DNA of 64,000 bases. Source: Lepidodermella squamata (taxonomy: Eukaryota > Animalia > Gastrotricha). Each line of letters begins with the position of its first letter. The stretch's first letter is position 1. The DNA lies in NCBI GenBank assembly GCA_047495785.1, contig JBLDXI010000030.1:186001-250000 (forward strand). Direction: 5' to 3'. The notes beneath the pieces are model-generated. The model worked only from the letters and a program-made list of their open reading frames with translations, made no database searches and was not told the origin of the DNA. This document shows, piece after piece, positions 41,007 through 53,900 of this stretch. A program made the translations under genes and the position numbers.

Positions 41007-44000
41007 ATGCAACAGAAGGCAATGTTTTTACTTTTGCTGGCTTTCGGCGTTCCCGTTGTAGTATCTGAAATGACGATTCAAGTTCCAGTATTCTTGCCAT
41101 TCACTGGTCTCCAGCCAAATCAATACAGAACATGCCGAGCTGTTACTGAGCTGGTTTTCAACAAGTTTAATGAAGACCCAGCTCTGTTACCTGGCTATCG
41201 AGTCGAACCCGAGTTCATGGACGACAACAACGGGCCGTTGTTGGTTCAACGACTTGTCGAATTTGACTCGCGATATAAACTAGATAACACCTCAACAATT
41301 CGTGCGCCAGTTATCATAGGCCCAGTCAATAACTGCCAGTTGACAGCTAGTTTTGTCCATGTGCTGGGGTATATTCAAATCGCTATGTGTGCAGGCGATT
41401 TCCTACTCAACAAGGCATTGTACCCGAACCTTTTCCTCATCAGACCGCTTGCTTACCACGCTTGGAATGCAAGGGTTCGTTTCATGCTCGACATCGGTAA
41501 CTGGAAACGGGTTGCTCTCATTGCTACTTCCAACATCCAAGAGACAGCGAACGCTCGGGTCTTCAACGATCTCGCTCTCAAAGCTGGGATGCAAGTCTAC
41601 GTTGATATCGTGAATGATTTCACAGACGAGTCAACGATAGCCTTGAGGCAGTCCGATGCCAGAATAATCGTTTTAGCTGTACCCTGAGCAGCAAGTGCAC
41701 GTTTTTTGCAAAATACTGCGAAGTTCCAGTGGGAATTGCAGGAAACTGCCTGAAAACGCCGTTTACTGTCATTTTTCACATTTTTTCAAAACTTACTGCA
41801 GTTTTTGGAAAAAACTGGAAGTTAAAGCAGGAATCCGTAGTCATTTCGCGAAATTGACACAGTTTTTTCATGAAACTCGGGAAATTCGCGGCATTTTATT
41901 TGCGACCCGAAGTTAACTTCCATGTCAAATATTTCTTCGTCGCGCAGTTGAAAAACTTTCGATTTTTATTCATTTTCACTGCGAAGTGAGAAGTATAGTG
42001 AACGAAAGTGAACGAAATTCGATGGCTCGACGTCTAGTTTTCATTGCGGAAAATTCCCTTGTTCGAAAATCTGCCTTCTACCTTTCGGGATCAAACTGTT
42101 TTTATTTATCATAAAATGTCCCGTTTTTCCCGGATTTTTCCTAATTTTTCCTAATTATTTACCTGGATCCTGAAAATAACCGAATTTTTATCGTTTTCAG
42201 CCTGAACCATCAAGAATATAAGAATGCCAGCAAAATTCGATAATTTAGATATTTCGTAAAAGCCAAATTTTCAATGGCTGAAAATTGTCGTTCTAAATAA
42301 AAGCTGAAATAGGGCAAAATCATTGTTATTGGGGCGCTCGATTGTTGTGCACACAAGCCTCAGGGTGTTGCGTAATCACGCCATGCTTCAAAAATGTGGC
42401 TTTTTGCTTCATTCCAATCATATTATTTTTGTTTTAAATTTCAAAACATCAGTTCCTATGTCATATTTAGTAAGAATTTTTCGTCCGGCCTCAATTTCGC
42501 ATTTTGAGCTTCATCAATCCCCGCCGCCTTGCTACCAGGTGTGTCGACCATGCAATTTGAACAAGTCAGATAATTATCGAATTTTCAAGGTAATTTTGAT
42601 ATTAATTCGATTTTCTTTAATTTACCCGCAATTTTCAAAGGTTTGTCCCGCGAATCGATTTAGCTGTCAAACCAGTCTTAACGAGCCGGTCAACAATTCG
42701 TAACGGTATCGATGAATAATTAAGGTATTTTAGTGTTCAATTAATTTCAATTATTAATTTCAATTAATTTCTACAGGTTATCGGGCCTGCTCCAGTGGCG
42801 GATTTCTGAATCGATCACAGCCGTTGTTCGAGGATGGCGTCTCGTGAAACAGCATCTACTATTAACTTGACAATTTTTCATTTTTTTTTGATCAGTTTTG
42901 ATGAATAAAATGATACTTGCATCGACGGATTTGCGTGAAGGGTAAAACTGTCTTTTTTGAAACAGAGAGTGAAAGCCGCATTTTTAATAGTGAATGCGAA
43001 GTACAAATGGCCCTGAGTGAAAGTTCTAGTGAAATTAGCAACGAGCAAGTGACTGCGCAGTAGAAACCATCTCTCACCACAAAAACTCTCACCGCAGAAA
43101 ACCACCCAGAAAACTGTCCAGCTCGGCAAAAAACTAGACTTTTGACAGAATACTGCCAACAGAAAAACTCTCGCTAATTTGCATATTTAGTTTTTTTGAT
43201 TTAGGCAGTTAAAAGGCCCGAAATTGTCGCTCAGGGTATCGTCGAATATTTCCCTGACATACACTATTCTATGTCAATGCTTCAAATTCGGGATAACTGG
43301 GCCGAGGTATGTTTTCTTTCTGGGTGGGAGCACTTTCGCAGATCCCAAGTCTCTGCCGAATGAAACCTACCCTGGTTGTACGAGAGAAATCATAGCGATT
43401 CAATACAAATTTTCATTTATGGCGTCAAGCCAGCTCATCTCAGAAGACACGGTGGGGAAGAGCCAACTAGGCTACTCTCTAGTTGAATTCGACAGAATGC
43501 TCGATAACTACACCGGTTCGCTGCGCCATCCTGATTATTCAAGCCGATTCATCTGCCATGATGCGGCTCTTCAAGGTCTTCTAATTCTCGGCGAAGGTCA
43601 AAAGGTTCTGATTAAAAGAGGCCTGAGCCTCTCAAACATCTCCACCCATCCATTCGAAATATCCCAAGTGATGAATGAAACAGGTATGAAACTGAAATTC
43701 GCTGGTCTGAAGAGTGAGGGCCTCACTTCATATAACGACCGAGGAGAGGTTACCGGCAGCAAGTGGCCGATAACTCAATGGACACCAGCTAGCGGTCTGA
43801 AGGTTGTCTATTACATAACTAAGCCTCCAAATGACAGCAACACTGACCCCAACTCTTATAGATCGGTACCTGTTTCAAAAATTGAGTGGTACACAGCTTT
43901 CAAAAAGCCTATGAAGGACAGGGCGACATACGTTACAATCAACGAAGATGTACCTCTTGAGGCTAGAATTTCAATTTGGATTTTGGCCGCAATATCTTTC

Positions 44001-44858
44001 GCAGCTAAAGTTCTAGTTTCAGTTCAGATATTCGTGAAGGTGAGGCCTAAGCTGCCTGTTTGGATTCAGATCATCAGCTTCTGTTTATTGGACCCTAGTG
44101 CAGTTCTATTTATGGTCGAAGTTGGCTTTGATAGTATGGCGAGCCTTTTCAAGGCCCGCGTCGCTCTCCTTGCGCTGGGGATTTCATTTTCAAATGGAGC
44201 CATGGCTTTTCTAGCCTTGTTCACGACATCCGGAATTAAATCACGCACCAAACCTTCGAAGCTCAACTTGCTAGCGAAAACACTGTCTAATCCTGTTACC
44301 GTCACGCCGACTGAGAAATTTCATTCGCGAAAGTATTCATTGGGGACGCTGATTTTCTGCTGCGCCGTAGCTACGTACGTGACAGCCTGGACCGTGGTTG
44401 AGCCAGCAATGTGTTACCGCCAGTTGAAATTCGATACTGCCTATTACGATGAGAGTGAAGACAAGATAACCGAGATTTTTGGCGTCGCGTGTCAGTCACG
44501 TAACGAAATCGCGTGGATCTTCGTGCTGCTCAGCATCAACGCCGCAATTTTATTAGCCGGCGCAACATCAGCTCGCAAACACGCTAGGAATTTGCGATTG
44601 ACGGAAAAGTATCGTCAATTCAATATGCTGCTCTACGCTATGGTGAACGGACTGATTTTGATGCTCGCAACTTGTCTGGTTTTACTCATCGTGCCGCAGT
44701 ATCCTATTCCTCAGCGTATTGTACTGTCGATTGCAGCTCTGATTTATTCAGCTATTTCAAGTGTGATGTGCCTAACCCCGGTTTTGCACAAATCAATTCC
44801 CGCTCAGATAACTCCTCTTCTCGACCTGCTACTGAAGCAGCAGACGAGTGCTTTGTAA
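41007..44858 (+). pseudogene. GABA-B-like class C GPCR interrupted by a TIR element
   Basis: 5' half ends at ARIIVLAV and 3' half resumes at SSNISLTY...GITGPRYVF. Removing 41682-43238 restores one open frame that aligns with the 8227-10485 paralog. Confidence 0.8.
41682..43236. mobile_element. Non-autonomous TIR DNA transposon, 1555 bp, CCC...GGG ends, TA duplication (CMC/EnSpm-like)
   Basis: TA|CCCTGAGCAGCAAGT ... AATTGTCGCTCAGGG|TA; precise insertion in a coding exon; AT-rich interior with no recognisable transposase. The superfamily call is tentative. Confidence 0.85.
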
Positions 44859-45688
44859 ATATGGGCAAAGTACGTGAAAAAAAACTTGTTGTCTAACTAC
44901 TACAAAGCCACTATAAAGATGCATTTGAATGAAATTCAACAACACTTTTTTCTTCGGACAATCACAAATACATATAACAGTAAAATATGTTTGTTTCTTA
45001 GCTGGCTTGAAAATTTGAAAGAGATTTATTTATTTATTATTTAATGAGCATGATATCCAGGAAGAAAGCTCGATAGTGAAAAAAGAAAGTGCAGCCGCAG
45101 TAGAGTAGTCAGAGTGCCATGACAGTATCAGTTCCGTTTCAGATTTCCGGTGAATTACTTAATGATTTCTGAATTATTAGAAAAAGCGAATGGTTTTTTC
45201 AGGAGTTCCAGGTAAGGATCAAAGTCTGAACGTGTTTTTTGTAGATTCCGTAGCATCTTACATAGTTGCATTTAAGTTCGAGCTCAGAAACCCAAACACG
45301 AAATATTCCGAACATTTTGATTAAAAATCGACAATAACTGAAGCGAATGCAAATGTTGCTGTTGGAGATCTGATATGCGATTGTTCATATCCTCGAGAAT
45401 ATTTGAATTTCAGGATCTGAGCAGTATCATGCCAACAACGGCACCAAGGATTTTTAATATTAAATTATCATATTATGCATTGCGAAGCCTCCAGTAACGA
45501 ATCGACAACGCTTTTGGCTGAGCGATCTAGCATCAAAAACTACTTTATTATTTCACTGTGGTTTGTTGAAACATCGGCTGGATTATTTGCTTTTTAGGAA
45601 TATCCTGCTTCTGCGGTAATATTTTTTTATCATATTGATGGGTATAGACTTTTGCGATACTGTTCAGACGCTCAGCAGTAGAACAAAA

Positions 45689-48600
45689 ATGCTTTTGCGC
45701 TTGCTTCTGCCCGTTTTGGCTGTGCTTTGCATCTTCGAGAAAGGTTTGTCTATTTTGATAAGTTTTCGTGCGCGATTTCAAATTTCTCATTTCCAAGCCG
45801 AGTCTGCCTGTCCAGCATTTCGAACTTACAACATGCAGTACCAGTACATGAATGGCTCTGAAGCTCTCAATCAAACAAGCTGGCAAACCATAACAGAGGC
45901 TGATGTAGCCAAGCACACTAACACTGGTGATGTCATTCAACTTCTGAGCAGAGATGGGAAGATATCGAGACAACACCGTTGCCAAAGCAACGGCGCTTGG
46001 GATCCCACAACAACAGAATGCATTAATGGATGTAAGCTTGCTTCAAATCAAAGTGATTTACTTAATAAACGGGATTGTTCAGACCAATGTCCCAATGGAG
46101 GCACATGCGATAAAGAAGTGTGCACGTGTCGCTATGGTTTCCAAGGCCGCTATTGCGAGCAACGTGAGTTCGGAAGGAAATAGTGCCAAAGTCATTTTAA
46201 AATTTATTTCTCAGCATTGAAGTCGTGCGTCCCGTCATGTGGAAACGGAACGTGCTTGAATTCATATACTTGCAAATGCCCCGACAATGCATTCGGTCCG
46301 CAATGCAGCTATACGACGGACAAGAAAATAACAAGTGGCAGTGCGTTCATCTCGCCGTCTACTACAATCCGAGGTGTCAAAAGCGGCGTTATCGATGGGT
46401 ACTACGTTTCTGGGCAGGGAGCAGTTCAGTGGAGAATTTTCGCAGACACGGGCTACGTCATACAATTCTCCCGTATGTCTCTAACTGTTGTTAACTCGAA
46501 CCCAGCCGTAGCATTAGATGACGTGGCGCGGTTGGAAATGTACGATTTCGCGATTTCTGGACCTGCTATCCGTTTTTCACAACTGGGGCCGAAAGACTTG
46601 CAATCCGGAAAAATCGTTACCGCCACCAGTCAAACTTCCGCGGTCTTGATATGGCTAACATCAACATTCGAACAGTTTTTCATTCGATACGAGATTTATT
46701 TCGAACAAGTAGCAAGGAGCCCAACACAGACAGGGTCGCAGACTTTGCCAGCAATATCAAATTGGTGCGAGACCCTGACAACTATCAACTGGGCCTTTGA
46801 CGAAATCCTGATCGGTAGCTCGCCGGTGGACATAACTGATTCCTTTCCGGGCAGGTGCACTTGGCGAATCATGATTCCACCAGACAGCGTGTTACAATAC
46901 GCGTTTCTCAACTACACGATCATAGGCGATACTGGCATGTACCTTGCTATGCAGGCAATCAATTACGACACGGGCGACATTTTTTCAAACCCTTTTCTGT
47001 TGGATAAATCGACATCGAATACAACTGTTGTATTGGATGGAAAGCTAGTCCCTCTACCTTATTCGAGCTCGAACCGTGAAATTCAGGTGGTTTATATGCC
47101 TCGCGGCAGTAGCAAGGTTAGAAATTATGGTTTCTACGCTAAATTCAAACTGGGTAAGGTTATATTCGGGGCAAAACGCGTGATTTTCAACTTATTTTAG
47201 TAAAAACATGCCAGAGTCCGTGTCAAAATGACGGCTACTGTATCTACAGCAACAATTGCTTATGCAAGTCGCCTTTTCACAACCCGATATGCCAGTGGAA
47301 CATGGTGGGAAACGGTGAGTTATTGGCTTGGCGAAATAAAAATTATTCAGTATATTTTTATCCAAGGGTTTTCGATAAATAACGAAGTCTGTCAGCCATT
47401 TTTCCAAGCTGGTCGAAATAACTTGACGGGAGTTACCACGCGAGGCATGATAGCCGTGAAAACAACTCCGACCAGTGGTTTCTGTCAATGGTTGATTTCA
47501 ACTACCCCTGGCAATGCTATCCAGTGACGCCTTAAATCTTCTTTAATTTCCACCTTGAACATCTCTTTTTATTCAGGCTAGAATACATCAGCCTCAAAGC
47601 TATCGACGTCCTCGGAAATCTACAGAAAGACGGTAACTAACCTTTGTTGTATAATGCGTGGAGTCTATTTGAGTTAATTCACAGCTGTACTAACTGCGCA
47701 TGAAATACCGGATGGTCAATCATCAACTGAGAGGTTACTATGGATAAATCCAACAACGAATACCACATCGCTGAAAATTGTTAATGCTACAACGAATACG
47801 CTGCTTCTAGTGCTGAGGTACAAAGTCGGGCTTATCATTCAGTTCAGCACTGATTTCTACCCTGGTAAGGCTTGTGTCTAAATCTTCCAATCCCTCATAA
47901 ACACATTTATTCCAGCGCGAATTCCGAGCCGGTCGAAGCGTGCGGTGCCTGATCTACTGCCGGTTACATCTAGCTGTAAGGTTCTGACCATAGTTGACTG
48001 GCCAATGGAATCTGGTCTCATCGGCAAGTGGCCTCCTCAGAAGACCAATTTAGAATTATGCCAATGGCTGATTCGCTACCCGTTCGCCAACAGTTTTTCG
48101 TATGAAACCCTGAATCTTTCTTTGAATCGTTTCGGGAGCTTGACCATGCTACGTCGCGATGCGAACTACAGCTGGACGTCTGTCGTGAGCTCTGCTACGA
48201 ACGACGTCAACATGACTACGGCTCAGCCTGTTCAACAACTAATCCCTTCGTTGGATACTGACAACACCGAAGTGATGATTGTATTGAGCGCGAGTTATTC
48301 AGACCTTGCTGATGCAGAGACGGGGTTCCAGATGAAAATGTATCTCCCGACTACAACCACGTCTACCACAACAACAACAACAACAACTACTACTACTACT
48401 ACTGCTAGTACTCCTTCTACAAGTACTGTAACTACTACAACAACAAAGCAAAATTCGACAACGAAATCGAACTCAACGGCTGTTGCAAGATCTTCGATTC
48501 AGAACTCTACTACTGGTGCCTCAACGGAGGGATCATCCACCGCTATCAATACGACTCCGATTCCGACCACTCAGCCGGAACCCACGGACCCGCCTTCGAC

Positions 48601-49750
48601 CCAGCCCATGACTGTAGCTGAGAAGGCGGCCGCTGCTTTACCCAAACTGCCGACGGAAACTGCTACGCCCAAAATTCGAGACTCAGACATTGCGAAGAGC
48701 TCTTGCAGGGACTTTACCGCTGATCGCAGTGCCCCGCCTAACAACGGCAAACCGACAGAAGTCGGAGCTATCCTAGTCATCGATCAATTCTTCGGAATTC
48801 ACGAGGTTGAACAGACCATTGATATATCCGGAATTCTTCAACTCCGCTGGAGCATTACTACCTGCAAACGCGAGGATGTGCCTGTCGATATCGCTGGACC
48901 CGAGCGCGTTTTCGTTGGTCGAAAGGAGGACTACTGGCTGCCTCCACTCACATTCCGATCAAGCCCTGACAACGTTTACTTGGTCGACAGCATTCTAGGC
49001 GATGATTTTGTCTTTGTGATCAAACCGCTGGATTCAGTATACCTGAATATGCAGTTCTATTGGTCTCGAGTTGGGGTATACAAGTCAACCTGCGAAATGA
49101 ACCTTCGAAAGTTTCCATTTGATACCCAGATTTGCGAAATCATTTTCGGTATCCATCGCTCAGTTAATCTGACAACATTCTCCCAGCTGAAAATCATAAC
49201 CCCTGATGCTTTATCGTCCATTGCCCAATGGGAGATTTTGACCGATAAAACGACTGAGACGATAGAAATGCTACCCGCCCCTACCATAGGAAGCCGAGTT
49301 AGCGTGGCTGTTTTTTCGCTGACCTTCAAGCGGAGGCCAAACTACTACCTTCTCAACATCATCGGGCCGTGCCTTGTGTTGACTTTCCTAGAACTGGCTG
49401 CATTTCTCATGCAAGCTAGTAAGCCAGATCGCGTTATGTTCGTCATCACGATCCTGCTATCGCTGACAGTTGCCCAAAATCAGGTTTTGCAGGACGTTCC
49501 GAAAAGTGCTGAACTCATCCTACTTACCGAGTATATCTTCTACATGGCTATTTATACTGGCCTGGTCACGTTGTACAGCCTGTTTCTTGGCTATATCGCG
49601 ACTGAAATGCCTAAAACTGCTAAAAAGAAGCTGAAGCTTTGCTGCTGTCAGACCACAGTCCTCAATTTTCTAAATGCTATCGGATTTTTACTGGCTGTTG
49701 CTTTCTTCGCTGGAATCAATCTTTACGCCATACACATCATCAATGAATGA
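45689..49750 (+). CDS. Chimeric Cys-loop channel: signal, Sushi-like, EGF x3, CUB-like repeats, Thr-rich stalk, pLGIC ligand-binding domain and 4 TM
   Basis: Short GT-AG introns link the exons. EGF motifs (CPNGGTC, CGNGTC, CQNDGYC), CUB-like C-x-W-x-I motifs (CTWRI, CQWLI twice). The last exon has the Thr run, CEMNLRKFPFDTQIC and KRRPNYY plus 4 TM. Confidence 0.8.
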
Positions 49751-50689
49751 GCTTTGGAAGATGGACAAAATCGAATTTTTTCTCGTGTTGTTATCCTTTC
49801 TCAAATGTATTCACAAAAATTAAAAGTGTAACGCCTTGAAAGGACAATGGCGTGCCTATATCGAATTATCTAACAAATAAAATTGCTATTTTAAATATTG
49901 ACAGAACTTCATTTCCTTGCATACAAGCCGGGTTGCCATTATTTGATTTTTCACTTATAGGGAAAGTTTGAAAGTTGAAACCGTATTTATGTTTTTCGTT
50001 TTCTAAGAGAAAGGGATGAGGTAAGAGGCTTGAATAGCTAATCCTGAATTTGAAATATAAATGCGAGTGACGGCTGAGTGTGAAAGTTTTTTATTGATAC
50101 CCTCAAATCTCCATCTCTAAGTTGGGGAGAGCTACCAGCCCCGCATCCATTTTCATGTGAATCGATACAGAACTTTCATACATTCGTTTTGATGCCTTCT
50201 TCCCTCCTCTGGGGATGGGGAAAAAGCAAAGTATCGTTGGTGCGCAATTGTATTGAGGGGGATGAAGATGCGTGCTGATAACCGGGTCATGACTCATTGT
50301 GCTCGCTTTACTTGCACTTCAGAGATCAATTAAAAGTAATTCATAAAGAAGTCAGCAGTGGTGTCTGGAGATTGGAGTACTTTGGAGTACCAAGTAGATG
50401 AAGAGCTTGTTTTGGCGCTTCGCTTCTGATTTTTCCTTATCTGTCATTGGGGAACTTTTACAGGGCACACAGGCATCCTACCCCGGAAAACTACCACGAC
50501 TTACTTTAGCATATCCATCAGAATGACTATGAAAAGCAGGTTCGAAGGATGAATAACTCAGATTTGTCAAGTCTGCTAAATGCCGTAAAGAAATCAATAG
50601 ATACGTGAACTTGTGCCGTGCATTCAAGGAACGAAAATGGAGAATCGAACGTTACACTTTTGAAGTTCGCCCAAACCTTTACTATAGTG

Positions 50690-50870
50690 CTAGCTTGCCT
50701 CGACACTAATAGCCTTGACGCTTTCAAAACACACAAATGTGAGACCTGGACATAACAAACGAACTCTCTTAACAAAAATAATGCATTACGAAAACTGTAA
50801 GATATTAATTATTAATCACCCCGGCGGGGAAGTACGCACCCAGGATATAAACAGCGTCCCTTTTTGGAAC
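50690..50870 (+). promoter_or_regulatory. Conserved upstream block of the two lectin-like LGIC paralogs (second copy ~57420-57555)
   Basis: GAGACCT-GAC...AATGCATTACGA...TTAATTATT...ACCCAGGA..AAACAGCGTCCCTTTT in both copies; TATAAA in the first copy. Confidence 0.5.
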
Positions 50871-50941
50871 ATCGAACATCGCCTGAGTGGTTCACGGTGT
50901 ATCCACTGATTTTTAATCGAATCGAATTGCAAAGACTAATT

Positions 50942-53900
50942 ATGACTCTGTTGGTTGTTTGCATTGCGTCGCTTTCCTTTGAGTTCTGCCAGGCTGTAAC
51001 ACCTCGTTACGATTTGCTGCAACTTCCTATTGCATATTCAAACTTTTCACAATATCCATCGCTCTCTTTCGATTACGTAACAATCTCTGGGAATCTAAAT
51101 GACTGGAACATCTTGTTACCTGGTCGGAACACGTCGAATGGCTACATATTAACCTCGCCAAATTTCACTTCGAGTCAAACTTGGTTGCAAGCGGTTTGCT
51201 TAAAACTGTGATGACCCACAAAATATTAAGCTTTGTAACCTAACAGGAATTCCCTGAAACTTCAAACCTGCGAATCGAAGCTTTGTTCGAAATCGGGAAC
51301 GTGTCGAACGTGACTACTGCATCAAAATGCGTAACTCTTGGGTTCATGCTGACAAACCCTTCGCCAGCTTTTTCTCTTTCTCGTAAGTTTAAGCCAGGCA
51401 TTACTAAGTAAGACTAACTGAATCATGTTTTCAAAAACAGCAAGCGACGACACAGTCGACAAACTGAAGGGATTCTACCTCTGGAGTCAATTCTGCCCTA
51501 ACGCCAGTGGGTTTAGGTTATCTGGAGATTTCTCGAATTCAGTTTACAAAGGAGTTTTCCCACCTACGGCAGCCAGCAGTTGGACAACTTGCTCGAGCTG
51601 TGACAAGGCTATACCATCGAGTGGCACCTACCAGTATCAGATAGTCATTCAGTTACTCAACGATCAAATTTCGGTAAGAATGTAGAGAGAATCTTTCATA
51701 GCGGCATGGTTTTCTAGTTCGTAGGGTTTTATACTTTGTTATTTTTTGACTATTTTTTGTTTTGACTATTGTTATGCACCTGTTTTGCACCTTGGAACTT
51801 TCAATGATCATCATTTTCATCGCCCAATAACAACATATAAACAAGTTCAACTCAAACGCTAACTGTGAGGAAATTAAATAACCCATGGAAAATAAGTGGA
51901 AAACTGATATCGTTGACATTGCCCCTCAAATATAGAAAACCCGAAGCACGGGAGAGAGTGAAACCCGCAGTGGTATCTTACCCGAAGTTCACAAGGCAAA
52001 GGTGGAAACCCCAAACAGACCACAGGAGGGGCCCTCTGGTCATAAAACTCGGATCCTACTCCGCGCACTGCGGAGACACTAATTCTACATGTTTCTAAAG
52101 GTTGCCATCGCCACAACCGATATCGTAGGCAAAACAACGGTCTCGATCTGCTTATCGAATGAGGCTGTAACAGGGCTGACAACGCTTGTCGCTTCTGGGC
52201 AAGCACCTTTGATGAACCTAGCTGCTTTGCGGAATAATCTCGCCAGCATAAAAATACTGAAACTCAACGTCTTCAGCTTGAATGCAGTCGCGAGCTTGCC
52301 TGCTACGCCACCAGATAAGCCTAACTACTACGTTGCGGGATTGGCAGACCTGCAGACACGATATGTAGATTATTCCAGCAATCTATCCTTCTCGCAAAAC
52401 ACCAGCCTTTGCCAGGCCTCGCGGTGGACATCTATAGGGGACGTTAATTGGCTGAACTCATCCGGTCCCGGTTTCGGCTATGGTAACGCTAGCTATATTG
52501 AGAGTCGGGCTGTTTATCTTGGCGCACAGTTCAGTTCCCCGAATTTGAGAATTGAAGTCGCACTCAAGTGGGCAAGCATTACGACAACTAACAGCTCTGC
52601 GGCCGAGGGATCAAGATTCGCAATAGGGATAACACCTCGAAATTCGCCAGCCACTTTTCGTTAGTCCGATGTATTATAATTAATTCGAGTAAAATTTTAT
52701 TTTTCTGTATCAGTTGGACCTGTGTATTCTGATTCGATGAATGGATCCGGCTTCTTCTTAGTCTTGGCGGCTAGTGGTCTTTCATCGGTCAGCATCTACC
52801 CAGTTTACTCTCGGAACGTATCAACAACTTCATTGAACCCTGCGCCCAGCCTAAAATCCTGCTCCAAGTGTATCGTAACACCAACGCAGCTTCGAGCCGG
52901 AGTTTTACTCACGATTCAAATCCTCGACGATGAATTGCTAGTAGCATTGGCACCCTTGAACAGCGTTTTGCCGGTAGTATGCTATAGTAACTGGCCTGTT
53001 GCTGGGCTTGGAAATGCGTTGGTCTCAGGAATCGATTTCCAGCTGAGTCATGCCAGTAGGCGATTCAACAACTACGCAGTCACTGTGTCGCAATTCTCAG
53101 TATTCCAAATCGATGCCTCATCAATTAATTCAACCGCAGAGACATGCTTCATCACGTCCACATCCTCAACCACAACTTCTTCGACAAGTTCATCGACAGT
53201 CTCATCAACAACTACCGCGACCAGTCAAGGTTCCAGTACTACCAGCTCATCTACATCGATTGCGACTAGCCAAGGTGTTAGCTCTACTAGCTCTTCGACA
53301 ACAACTAGCCCTGCTACAAGCTCATCTACTACTAGTGGGACATCAAGTGCTGTCACAAGTTCATCGACCTCTCCTGTGACTAGCCAAGCTTTCAGTTCTA
53401 CCAGCTTTTCGCCAACTAACAGCGCTTCTACAAGTTCGACTCTCCAATCTACTATGGAGACTTCGACGGGGTCAAGTTCATCAACGCCCGCTCTGACCAG
53501 CCAAGCTGCGACTTCAACCACTTCAGCGACCTCCACTTCGACCATTCAAGGTGTTAGTTCTTTCAGCTCCATTGGCTCGGCATCGATCGGGACTAGCCAA
53601 GGCATTATATCTACTATTTCAACACCAAATATTTCTACGCCTAGCTCTTCTACACTAACTGCGGCAGGTACAAGTTCAATGACACCCACTGCGACTAGCC
53701 AAGCTGTGATTTCCTCCAGTTCTTCGACAAGCTCACCGACCAGCCAATTTGTTAGTCCTAGCAGCTCATCGACAGCAATTTCGAGCAGCTACGCGTTTAG
53801 CTCAACCAGTTTTGCGGCAAGCTCAGCGACCAACCAAGGTTTCAGTTCTACCGGTGCAACATCAATAGGGTCGAGTTCATACCAAAGCTCGTCAGCACCT

